The notes beneath the pieces were generated by a model that did no database searches, was not told the DNA's origin, and saw nothing but the letters and a program-made list of their open reading frames with translations. Position numbers and translations under genes: made by a program. This document shows, piece by piece, positions 17,967 through 26,150 of a DNA stretch of 64,000 nucleotides. Origin of the DNA: Acidimicrobiales bacterium. GTDB lineage: Bacteria > Actinomycetota > Acidimicrobiia > Acidimicrobiales > CAIXPF01. Each line of letters opens with the position of its first letter. The first letter of the stretch is position 1. The stretch covers positions 4,959 through 68,958 of the forward strand of contig JADLEF010000371.1 in NCBI GenBank assembly GCA_020846295.1. Direction: 5' to 3'.

Positions 17967-18815
17967 GTGGCGATGACCGAGTACGACAGGATCCGGGTGG
18001 AGGCGCCGGCGCCGGGGGTGACCCGGGTGGTGCTGGCCCGGCCCGAGGCGGCCAACGCCCAGGACCGGCGCATGCTCTACGAGCTCAACGACGCGCTCGA
18101 CACCGCCTCGCGCGACGCGGCGACGAAGGTCATCGTCATCGCCGCCGACGGGGTCCACTTCTCCTCCGGGCACGACCTGCGCGACCGGGCCAAGCTCGAC
18201 GAGTTCGACACCGTGCTGCAGTTCGGTGAGTTCGAGCTGCCCGGCCAGGAGGGGTACATGGCCCAGGAGCAGGAGATCTACCTCGGCTTCTGCTGGCGCT
18301 GGCGCAACATCCCCAAGCCCACCATCGCGTCGGTGCAGGGCAAGGTGATCGCCGGCGGGCTCATGCTGGTGTGGCCGTTCGACATCGTCATCGCCTCCGA
18401 GGACGCCCGCTTCTCCGACCCCGTCGTCGCCTTCGGGGCCAACGGGGTGGAGTACTTCGCCCACCCCTACGAGGTCGGCGCCCGCAAGGCCAAGCAGATG
18501 CTGTTCACCGGGGAGGCGATCACCGCCGAGGAGGCGTACCGCCTGGGCATGGTGAACGAGGTGGTGCCCCGTGAGCAGCTCGAGGAGGCCACGCTCGCCA
18601 TGGCCACCAAGATCGCCGCCCAGCCGTCGATGGGCCTCAAGCTGGCCAAGGCCTCGGTGAACCAGGCCATGGACAACATGGGCATGTACAGCACGCTGCA
18701 GGCCGCGTTCGGGCTGCACCACCTCTCGCACAGCCACAACGGCCAGCGCTTCGGGATGCTGGTGGATCCCGAGGGCGCCGATCGGATCAAGTCCCAGGCC
18801 CGGGCCCAGAAGTAG
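17967..18815 (+). CDS. Enoyl-CoA hydratase/isomerase family protein
   Basis: It shows the crotonase fold (VIVIAADGVHFSSGHDL, GKVIAGGLMLVWPFDIVIAS). The RBS AAGGGGGA lies at 17953-17960. The start is GTG 17967 or ATG 17973. Confidence 0.85.
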   Translation: MAMTEYDRIRVEAPAPGVTRVVLARPEAANAQDRRMLYELNDALDTASRDAATKVIVIAADGVHFSSGHDLRDRAKLDEFDTVLQFGEFELPGQEGYMAQEQEIYLGFCWRWRNIPKPTIASVQGKVIAGGLMLVWPFDIVIASEDARFSDPVVAFGANGVEYFAHPYEVGARKAKQMLFTGEAITAEEAYRLGMVNEVVPREQLEEATLAMATKIAAQPSMGLKLAKASVNQAMDNMGMYSTLQAAFGLHHLSHSHNGQRFGMLVDPEGADRIKSQARAQK

Positions 18816-18870
18816 CGCCGGCAGCAGCGCCGGCGGGTGGCGCGAGGTTTGACGGCTAGCGTGCCCGGCC

Positions 18871-20175
18871 GTGTCCGAGCCCGCCGCCGTCGCCCCATCC
18901 GACCGATCCGCCGCCCCTGCTGCGTCGGGCTCCGGCCCGGCCGCCCGCCGCGGCCGGGCGGTGCCCGGCCGCGCGGAGTTCCTGGCCATCATCGCCATGG
19001 CCATGGCGCTCGCCGCCCTCGGCATCGACACGATGCTGCCCGCCTTCGACGACATCCGGGTCTCGTTCGGGCTGGCGCCCGGGTCCAACGCGGTGGCGGG
19101 GCTCATCACCGCCTACTTCCTCGGGCTCGCGTTCGGGCAGCTGGTGTTCGGGCCGATGTCGGACCGCTACGGCCGCCGGCCGCTGCTGTGGGCCGGGTTC
19201 GTGCTCTACGCCATCGGCGCGCTGGCCGGCGCCCTCGCCCCGGGGCTGGGCATCGCCCTGGTCGCCCGCTTCGTGTGGGGCCTCGGCGCCTCGGGCCCCC
19301 GCGCGGTGTCCATGGCGGTCATCCGGGACAGCTATGAGGGCGACCAGATGTCCCGGGCCTACTCGTTGGTCATGGCCATGTTCATCCTGGTGCCGGTGAT
19401 CGGCCCGACCCTCGGCGCCGGGGTGGTGGCGCTGTCGAACTGGCGGCTCCTGTTCGCCCTGACCGCGGTGGCGGCCGTCGCCCTGCTGGTGTGGTCGTTC
19501 CGCCTTCCGGAGACCCTCGCGGTGGACAAGCGGCGGCCGGTGGGCCCGCGCGAGTTGGTGGCCACGGCGAAGGTCGTGCTGGGGGCACGGGCGACGTTGG
19601 GGTACACCCTGGCGCTGACCGCCGTGTTCGGCGCGTTCTCGTCCTACCTCGCCAGCTCCGAGGCGATCTTCGATCAGGCCTTCGGCCGGCGCTCGGCGTT
19701 CCCGCTGCTGTTCGGAGCGCTCGCCGCCACCATGGGGCTGGCCATGCTGACCAACGCCAAGGCGGTGGTGCGCGTCGGCAACGCCCGCCTGAGCCGCATG
19801 GTGCTCGTCACCTACGTCGCGCTCGGCGTCGTGTTCGTGGCGGTGTGCTTCTCCCGCGGGGGCCACCCGCCCCTGGCGCTGTTCATGGTGGTGCTCGCCG
19901 GGCTGCTGTGCTGCTTCGCGTTCCTCACCCCGAACCTCAACACGCTGGCCATGGCGCCGCTCGGGCACGTGGCGGGCAGCGCGGCGTCGCTGCTGGGGGC
20001 GGCCCAGACAGCGGTGGGCGCGCTGCTGGGCACGGTGTTGGACCGTGCCTTCGACGGCACGCCGCGAGCCCTGGCGGTCGGGTTCCTGGTGTCGGGCGTG
20101 GCCGCCTGGCTGGCCATCCGGCTGTTGGTCACCGCGCCGGGGTCGGAGCCGGTGCCGTCTTCGCAGCCAGCGTGA
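18871..20175 (+). CDS. MFS transporter (Bcr/CflA-type drug:H+ antiporter)
   Basis: It has 12-TM-like hydrophobic periodicity and GPMSDRYGRRPLL (MFS motif A). GTG start. Confidence 0.85.
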   Translation: MSEPAAVAPSDRSAAPAASGSGPAARRGRAVPGRAEFLAIIAMAMALAALGIDTMLPAFDDIRVSFGLAPGSNAVAGLITAYFLGLAFGQLVFGPMSDRYGRRPLLWAGFVLYAIGALAGALAPGLGIALVARFVWGLGASGPRAVSMAVIRDSYEGDQMSRAYSLVMAMFILVPVIGPTLGAGVVALSNWRLLFALTAVAAVALLVWSFRLPETLAVDKRRPVGPRELVATAKVVLGARATLGYTLALTAVFGAFSSYLASSEAIFDQAFGRRSAFPLLFGALAATMGLAMLTNAKAVVRVGNARLSRMVLVTYVALGVVFVAVCFSRGGHPPLALFMVVLAGLLCCFAFLTPNLNTLAMAPLGHVAGSAASLLGAAQTAVGALLGTVLDRAFDGTPRALAVGFLVSGVAAWLAIRLLVTAPGSEPVPSSQPA

Positions 20176-21199
20176 CGGCGAACAGGCCGTCGCCGTCGGT
20201 CCACTGGCACCGGACCGCCATGCCCACCGCAGCCAGCTCGCGCTCCACCTGACCGGGACGGAACTTGGCGGAGATCTCGGTGTGGATCGACTCGCCCGGC
20301 GCGAAGCCGACCTCCATGCCGAGCTTGCCGATGCGCACCTGCTCAGCTCCCCGGGCCACCAGGTGCATCTCGACCCAGGCGGCGTCCTCGTTCCAACGGG
20401 CCTCGTGGGAGAACCGTTCGGGCGCGAAATCCGCGTCGAGCTCCCGGTTGATGACGTGCAGCACGTTGCGGTTGAACTCGGCGGTCACCCCGGCCGGGTC
20501 GTCGTAGGCGGGGATGAGCCGCTCCTTCGGCTTGACCAGGTCGGTGCCCAGCAGCAGGGTGTCACCCTCCTCCAGCCCGCCGCACAGGTCGGCCAGGAGG
20601 CGGCGCCGCCCCTGCGGGGTGAAGTTGCCGATCGTCCCGCCGAGGAACAGCACGAGGCGGCGGCCGTCGCGCTGGAGCGGATCCGCTCCGGCGCTGCGCT
20701 CGGGCCGGGCGGCGGGCTGGTGCAGGGCGTCGAGGTGACGCTCGAAGTCGCCGACGACGCCGTGGATGTGCACGCCCGGGTAGCGCTGCCCGAGTTGACG
20801 GGCGGCGTCGCGCAGCGTCGTCTCGCTCACATCGAACGGCACGAAGCGGCGCAGCGTGCCCGCCGCGTACCCGGCGTCGAGCACGGCGCGGGTCTTGTCC
20901 GAGGTGCCCGAACCGAGCTCGACGACGGTACCTGCGCCGGCGGCGGCGATGATCTCGCCGGCCCGCTCGAGCAGGATCGAGCGCTCGGCCTCGGTGGGGT
21001 AGTACTCCGGCAGGCGGGTGATGGCGTCGAAGAGGCGGCTGCCGCGCTCGTCGTAGAACCACTTCGGGGGCAGCGACTTGGGTGAGGCCGCCAGGCCGCG
21101 ACGCACGTCATCGGCCAGGGCTTCGGCGATGTCGGTGGCGGCGAGGCGGACATCGAAGGTGGGGGCGTCGGGCAGGTGGGGGGCGCGGCGAACGGCCAT
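20129..21199 (-). CDS. egtD: L-histidine N-alpha-methyltransferase (ergothioneine biosynthesis)
   Basis: PKSLPPKWFYDERGSRLFDAITRLPEYYPTEAERSIL, ELGSGTSDKT, FLGGTIGNF and GTDLVK are present. Confidence 0.9.
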   Translation of the reverse strand: MAVRRAPHLPDAPTFDVRLAATDIAEALADDVRRGLAASPKSLPPKWFYDERGSRLFDAITRLPEYYPTEAERSILLERAGEIIAAAGAGTVVELGSGTSDKTRAVLDAGYAAGTLRRFVPFDVSETTLRDAARQLGQRYPGVHIHGVVGDFERHLDALHQPAARPERSAGADPLQRDGRRLVLFLGGTIGNFTPQGRRRLLADLCGGLEEGDTLLLGTDLVKPKERLIPAYDDPAGVTAEFNRNVLHVINRELDADFAPERFSHEARWNEDAAWVEMHLVARGAEQVRIGKLGMEVGFAPGESIHTEISAKFRPGQVERELAAVGMAVRCQWTDGDGLFAVTLAAKTAPAPTPAR

Positions 21200-21253
21200 G
21201 GGTGCTCCTGGGAGGTCGGGTGCCGGCGCGGCGCGGCGCGTCGGGATTGCGGG

Positions 21254-22594
21254 TCAGCGGGCGAGGCGAAGCCCGGCGAAGGCCCAGCGGGCGTGCGGGG
21301 GGAAGAAGTTGCGGTAGGTGGGCCGGATGTGGCCCGGCGGGGTGACGGCACACCCGCCGCGCAGCACGTACTGGCCGTTCATGAACTTCCCGTTGTACTC
21401 GCCGACGGCGCCCTCGGCCACATGGAAGCCGGGGTAGGGCAGGTAGGGCGACGCCGTCCACTCCCACACGTCGCCGCACAGCTGCCGCAGCTGTGTCGCG
21501 GCCGGGTGGCGCGGTGCGGGCGCCGGCGCGGGGTGCAGTCGCCCACCGGCCAGGAGGTTGCCGGCGAAGGGGACACCGCGTCGTTCGGCGGCGATGGCCG
21601 CGACCTCCCACTCGAACTCCGTCGGCAGGCGGGCGCCGGCCCAGCGGGCGTAGGCGTCGGCCTCGAAGAAGCTGACGTGGACCACCGGCTCGTCATGGCG
21701 GACGGGTCCCATCCCGTCGAGGGTGTAGAGCTCCCAGGCGTCGGGTGTCGACGCGTCGGGCGCCGGCTGCCAGTAGAGCGGGGCGTGCCAGCCGTGCTGG
21801 TTCACGCACGCCCACCCGTCGGACAGCCACAGCTCCGGGCGCCGGTAGCCACCGTCGGCCATGAAGGCCAGCCACTCGCCGTTGGTGACCAGCCGGTCGG
21901 CGATGCCGAAGGGCCGCACGTACTGCTCGTGGCGCGGCGATTCGTTGTCGAAGGCGAAGCCGAACCCGGCCGCGGCCGGTTCCCGTCCGACCTCCACCAT
22001 ACCGAAGGGCATGTCGTCGAGGAAACGCAGCGACGCTGCGGTGGTCCCGGCTCGCTCGGGCTCGGGCGGGGCGCCGTCGGTGCGGTACGGCGGGCGGATC
22101 GGGTTGGTGGCGAACACGTGCTTGATGTCCATCAGCAGCAGTTCCTGGTGCTGCTGCTCGTGGTGCAGGCCGAGCGTGACCAGCTCGCGCTGGGCGGGGG
22201 TGAGCGCATCCGATTCGAGCCAGTCGATCATCGCCTCGTCCACCCGGGCTCGGTAGGCGCCGATCTCGGCCACCGACGGCCGGCTCAGCAGGCCTCGCTC
22301 GGCCCGGGGGTGACGGGGCCCGGCCGCCTCGTAGTACGAGTTGAACAGGTAGGCGTAGGCCGCATCGACCGGTCGGTAGCCGGCCACCGCGGGTTGCAGC
22401 AGGAACGTCTCGAAGAACCAGGTGACGTGGGCCCGGTGCCACTTCGTCGGGCTGACATCGGGCATCGACTGGATGACCTGGTCCTCGGCCAGCAGCGGCG
22501 CGGCGAGCACCTCGGTCAGCGCCCGTACCGACCGGTACGCGGCGGCGAGGTGGGTTCCGACGGTCGTTTCGATGGTGGTGCTGTCGAGGAGCAT
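21254..22594 (-). CDS. egtB: Hercynine oxygenase / sulfoxide synthase
   Basis: An N-terminal DinB-like domain (SPTKWHRAHVTWFFE, HHEQQHQELLLMD) is followed by a C-terminal FGE-sulfatase domain (VTNGEWLAFMADGGY, GDVWEWTASPY, RGGC). The ATG was verified at 22592-22594. Confidence 0.9.
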   Translation of the reverse strand: MLLDSTTIETTVGTHLAAAYRSVRALTEVLAAPLLAEDQVIQSMPDVSPTKWHRAHVTWFFETFLLQPAVAGYRPVDAAYAYLFNSYYEAAGPRHPRAERGLLSRPSVAEIGAYRARVDEAMIDWLESDALTPAQRELVTLGLHHEQQHQELLLMDIKHVFATNPIRPPYRTDGAPPEPERAGTTAASLRFLDDMPFGMVEVGREPAAAGFGFAFDNESPRHEQYVRPFGIADRLVTNGEWLAFMADGGYRRPELWLSDGWACVNQHGWHAPLYWQPAPDASTPDAWELYTLDGMGPVRHDEPVVHVSFFEADAYARWAGARLPTEFEWEVAAIAAERRGVPFAGNLLAGGRLHPAPAPAPRHPAATQLRQLCGDVWEWTASPYLPYPGFHVAEGAVGEYNGKFMNGQYVLRGGCAVTPPGHIRPTYRNFFPPHARWAFAGLRLAR

Positions 22595-22647
22595 CGTCGA
22601 CGACGCTACCCAGCCCGGGTGGGTCTCAACCGGCACCGCCGGCCGGG

Positions 22648-23973
22648 TCACACCGGCGGGGTGTCGGTGACGGTGCCGGATCGCTCCAGCGCAGCGATGG
22701 CATCGTCGTCGTAGCCGAGCCAGCGGAGGATCTCCCCGTTGTGCTGGCCGAGCGCCGGGGTGGCGAACAGCTGGTGCTCGTGGCGCTCGAAGTGCACCGG
22801 GAAGCCGGGGAAGGCGAGCGGCCCGACGTCGACCTGCTCGACGGTGGCCAGGAACCCCCGCTCGGCGAGGTGCGGGTCGTGGACCAGGTCCTCGTTGGAC
22901 ATCGCCGCACCGGCCGGTATGGACGCGGCCTGGAGTCGGGCCATCAGCTGCTGGGCGTCGAAGCGCACCGTCCAGGTGGCCAGCGCGGCGTCGATGGCGT
23001 CGTGGTCGCCACGCCGGCCGTCGAGCGTGGCACGCGCCTCGGTGGCGAGGCCGCTCACGCCGTCCGCCTCGGCCAGCGCCACCAGCCGGGTCCATGCTTC
23101 ATCGCTGTCGACGGTGAGCGCGATCCAGCGATCCTCACCGGCGCAGGGGTAGACGCCCTGCGGCGCGGCGCCGGGGCTGCGGTTGCCGTGGCGGCGTGGC
23201 GCTTCGCCGGTGATCGAGCTCACCAGCGCCAGGTCCCCACCGAGCTGGAGGTAGGTCTCCAGCTGGGAGACGTCGATGTGCACCGCTTCGCCGGTCAGCT
23301 CGCGCTCCCACAGCGCGGCGAGGATGGCGATGGCGCCGTGCAGACCGCCCACCGCGTCGGGGAAGGCGAGGCCCTGCTTGTAGGGGCCGGAGCCCTCGTA
23401 CCCGGTGGCGTCGGCGAGGCCTGAGGCCGCCTCGAGGATCGGCCCCCACGACACCTGGTCGTACTCCGGGCCGGTGGCCCCGAAGCCGGACAGGTCGATG
23501 GTGACGATCCTGGGGTTGATGGCGCGCAACGTCGGATGGTCGATGCCGAGGCTCTTGACGCCGCGGGGGCTGTAGTTGTTGAGCACGACGTCGCTGCGGC
23601 GCACCAGCTCCTCGAAGATCTCCCGCCCTCCCGGGGCCTTGAGATCGATGCACAGCGAGCGCTTGGTGCGGTTGATCTTGTTGAAGTAGCCGAGGCGGTT
23701 CCACCAGTGCTCGCCCGGATCGTTGTCCGGGAACACGCCGTTGCGCAGCGCCGGTCCGGGCAGCTCGCCGCGCCTCCACGTCGGGTCGGCCCGCATGCCC
23801 TCGCCGACGGAGAGCCCGCGCGAGGTCGGGTGCTCGAGCTTGATCACGTCGGCGCCGAGCTCGCCGAGCCAGCGACCGGCCATCGGCCCGGCCCAGGCCA
23901 CGCTGAACTCCAGGATGCGGATGCCGCGCAGGTCCAGCCCGCCGGGCCGCGGGAGGGCAACGTCGTCGTTCAT
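22648..23973 (-). CDS. Family III CoA-transferase (CaiB/BaiF), canonical-type
   Basis: IRILEFSVAWAGPMAGRWLGELGADVIKLE, NRTKRSLCIDLK, VVLNNY and GPILEAASG are present. The ATG at 23971-23973 overlaps the upstream stop by 4 nt. Confidence 0.88.
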   Translation of the reverse strand: MNDDVALPRPGGLDLRGIRILEFSVAWAGPMAGRWLGELGADVIKLEHPTSRGLSVGEGMRADPTWRRGELPGPALRNGVFPDNDPGEHWWNRLGYFNKINRTKRSLCIDLKAPGGREIFEELVRRSDVVLNNYSPRGVKSLGIDHPTLRAINPRIVTIDLSGFGATGPEYDQVSWGPILEAASGLADATGYEGSGPYKQGLAFPDAVGGLHGAIAILAALWERELTGEAVHIDVSQLETYLQLGGDLALVSSITGEAPRRHGNRSPGAAPQGVYPCAGEDRWIALTVDSDEAWTRLVALAEADGVSGLATEARATLDGRRGDHDAIDAALATWTVRFDAQQLMARLQAASIPAGAAMSNEDLVHDPHLAERGFLATVEQVDVGPLAFPGFPVHFERHEHQLFATPALGQHNGEILRWLGYDDDAIAALERSGTVTDTPPV

Positions 23974-25088
23974 CTGGTCACCAGGTCCTGGTCGGCGCCG
24001 AGGGCGGGAGCGGCGGTACGCGCGACGGTGCGGTCGTTCACCCGGAACGGCGCGCCGGCCAGGCGCGCCTGCGGGCCGAGGCCGTCCGGCACCGCCCAGA
24101 AGGCGCGGGCCTCGAGCTGCGCGCTGCGCAGCGATTCGCACAGGTTGAGCACCTGGCCGGCGGGGCAGCGGTGCTCCTGGAGCTCGGCCACGGCCTCGGC
24201 CCGGCTGCGGGCGGCGAAGAAGGGGTTGATGGCGGCGTCCACCTCCTCCATGCGATCGAAGCGCTCGGCCGGCGTGTAGAGCGCGTCGTCGGCGAGCAGT
24301 TCAACGGCGTCGGCGGCGATGCCGAGGCCCTCCCACTGATGCCGGCTGACCGCCCCGACGACGACCCAGCCGTCGGTGCACCGGTAGAGGGCGAGCGGGT
24401 GGTGCGCCTCGCCGTGGCGGTTGCCCCAGCGGGTCTTGCGCACACCCTGGTGGGTGTAGATCGTGATGCTCCACTGGTGGCAGGCGGCGGCGGACTCCAT
24501 GTTGCCCACGTCGATGAGGTCTCCCTCTCCGGTGAGGCGGGCGCGCAGCAGGGCGGCCTGGGCGGCGATGGTGGCGGTGGCCCCGCCCAGGTAGGACGAC
24601 CATGGCCCGGCGCCGGCGATGGGTTCACGGTGGCGCTCGCCGTTGAGCAGCAGGTGCCCGCCCATCGCCCAGTCGACCAGCGGGGTGCTGCGGTAGGCGG
24701 CGTAGGGGCCTCGCAGCCCGAACCCGGAGAGCACCAAGACGACCGCGGCCGGATCGGCCTGGCGGAGTCGGCGGGCCCGCTCGAGGGTGGCGAGCCGTTC
24801 GGCCTCGCCGTCGAAGGAGAGCACGACGAGGTCGGCCCGGCCGGAGAGGGTGGCGAACGCGTCGCCGTCGAGCTCGGCGACCACGCTGCGCTTGCCGGCG
24901 GCAAGGTACTGCCAGGCGGCGGAGACGGGGCCGTCGACCCCGACCTCGATCCACGGCGGGGCGCTGCGCAGCGGGTGGCCACCGGGCGGCTCGACCACGC
25001 ACACGTCAGCGCCCAGGGTGGTGAAGAGGCGGGTGCAGTACGCGCCGCCGACGGAGCGGGAGGCGTCGACGATGGTCAGGCCGCGCAT
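23970..25088 (-). CDS. Family III CoA-transferase (CaiB/BaiF), divergent partner subunit
   Basis: LTIVDASRSVGGAYCTRLFTTLGADVCVVEPPGGHP and FGLRGPYAAYRSTPLVDWAMGG closely parallel the 8108-9295 product. The ATG was verified at 25086-25088. Confidence 0.82.
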   Translation of the reverse strand: MRGLTIVDASRSVGGAYCTRLFTTLGADVCVVEPPGGHPLRSAPPWIEVGVDGPVSAAWQYLAAGKRSVVAELDGDAFATLSGRADLVVLSFDGEAERLATLERARRLRQADPAAVVLVLSGFGLRGPYAAYRSTPLVDWAMGGHLLLNGERHREPIAGAGPWSSYLGGATATIAAQAALLRARLTGEGDLIDVGNMESAAACHQWSITIYTHQGVRKTRWGNRHGEAHHPLALYRCTDGWVVVGAVSRHQWEGLGIAADAVELLADDALYTPAERFDRMEEVDAAINPFFAARSRAEAVAELQEHRCPAGQVLNLCESLRSAQLEARAFWAVPDGLGPQARLAGAPFRVNDRTVARTAAPALGADQDLVTR

Positions 25089-25270
25089 CGGCGCCGGGTT
25101 CCGGGTGCTGGCGCCTGGCGCGCCGTGCGGTGCAGGTTCATCGATCCCCCTTCGACCGGCGCGGATCCTAGGTCGCCGGACGCCGCCGACGAATCCAAGT
25201 GCGCAGCGTCGCCGCATCGTCCCTCTCCGCGGCTGAGTGGGACATTTTCGGTGACTGCGTTCGCCGTGCT

Positions 25271-25298
25271 CGCGCCGAATCGGCGCCGATTCGGCGCG
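25271..25298. repeat. Perfect 28-bp palindrome in a divergent promoter region
   Basis: CGCGCCGAATCGGC|GCCGATTCGGCGCG, read directly. It has the same core as the palindromes at 6051-6078 and 6394-6444. Confidence 0.9.
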
Positions 25299-25332
25299 AG
25301 GGGTGGGGTGGGCGTTCCTCGATCGACTGGAC

Positions 25333-25348
25333 CATACCGTTTGGTATG
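25333..25348. promoter_or_regulatory. Candidate operator, inverted repeat CATACC-gttt-GGTATG
   Basis: The 6-bp arms are perfect and lie 40 nt upstream of the ECF-type -35 element. A related sequence, ATACCGCATGGCAT, occurs at 5980-5993. Confidence 0.3.
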
Positions 25349-25387
25349 CTCGGCGCCGGCCGAACGGGGGAGACAGATGGCACACCG

Positions 25388-25416
25388 GGAACTTCGAGGC
25401 CCTTGCGCCGGTCTAC
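25388..25416 (+). promoter_or_regulatory. ECF-type promoter candidate upstream of SCO1-PCuAC
   Basis: GGAACTT (25388-25394), a 17-nt spacer ending in CGG, then TCTAC (25412-25416). ATG 25424 follows 7 nt later, which is a leaderless-type geometry. The motif is the same as at 27562-27590. Confidence 0.5.
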
Positions 25417-25423
25417 GCCTTAT

Positions 25424-26119
25424 ATGGGACGAAGCGTCGGAACGCAGCCCGTGCGCGTCGCGCGCCGGCCTCTCCACAGCCGCGTCGCGCCCGCGAGGCT
25501 GCTGGCCGCCCTCGTCGTCGCCCTGCTCGCCACTGCGTGCGGCGCCCGAGACGGGCACGACGCCACGGCACCGCTCTCGGGGGCGGTCCGGGAGCCTGCC
25601 CTGCACGTCGGCGACGTGTCGTTCAACGCCTTCCGGACGGGCGCGGGCCTCGACCCGCCGGTGCCCGCCGGCCGGCCGTTCCACACCCGGGCGGCGCCCG
25701 GCGAGCTCTTGGTGGTCTACTTCGGTTACACGTTCTGTCCGGACGTGTGCCCCACCACGCTGGCCGACCTCGCCGTCGCCTTCGATGCGCTGGGTCCGGC
25801 GGCGTCCGACGTCACGCTGGCGATGGTGACAGTCGACCCCGAGCGAGACGATCTCGACGTGCTGTCGGCGTACCTCGGGCACTTTTCCGACCGATTCGTG
25901 GCCATCCGGCCCGATGATGAGGACGAGCTCCGTGCGGCAGAATCTGCCTACCTGGCGTCCTCGTCGGTGACGCGCGCTCCGTCGGGCGACATCGAGGTCG
26001 CCCACACCGCCGCCGTCTACCTCGTCGACGATGCGGGTGACGTCCGGGTGGAGTGGCCGTTCGGGACCGATGCCCGTGCGATCGCGTACGACCTCCGTGC
26101 GGTGCTCCAGACGATCTGA
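25424..26119 (+). CDS. SCO1/SenC-family copper chaperone (thioredoxin fold), lipoprotein
   Basis: The CxxxC copper motif is present (YFGYTFCPDVCPTTL) with a conserved His region (VAHTAAVYLVD) and a lipobox (LLATAC). An alternative GTG start lies at 25451. Confidence 0.85.
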   Translation: MGRSVGTQPVRVARRPLHSRVAPARLLAALVVALLATACGARDGHDATAPLSGAVREPALHVGDVSFNAFRTGAGLDPPVPAGRPFHTRAAPGELLVVYFGYTFCPDVCPTTLADLAVAFDALGPAASDVTLAMVTVDPERDDLDVLSAYLGHFSDRFVAIRPDDEDELRAAESAYLASSSVTRAPSGDIEVAHTAAVYLVDDAGDVRVEWPFGTDARAIAYDLRAVLQTI

Positions 26120-26150
26120 TCTCATGAACACAGCTGAAGGGAAGCTCACC

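Noticed and set aside
25377-25917. An ATG at 25377 preceded by a GGGGGAG Shine-Dalgarno-like sequence, opening a roughly 180-aa frame.
   Set aside because: The frame is Arg/Pro-rich and overlaps the well-supported SCO1 frame. The GGGGGAG is part of the sequence block shared with 6012-6019 in the non-coding spacer.
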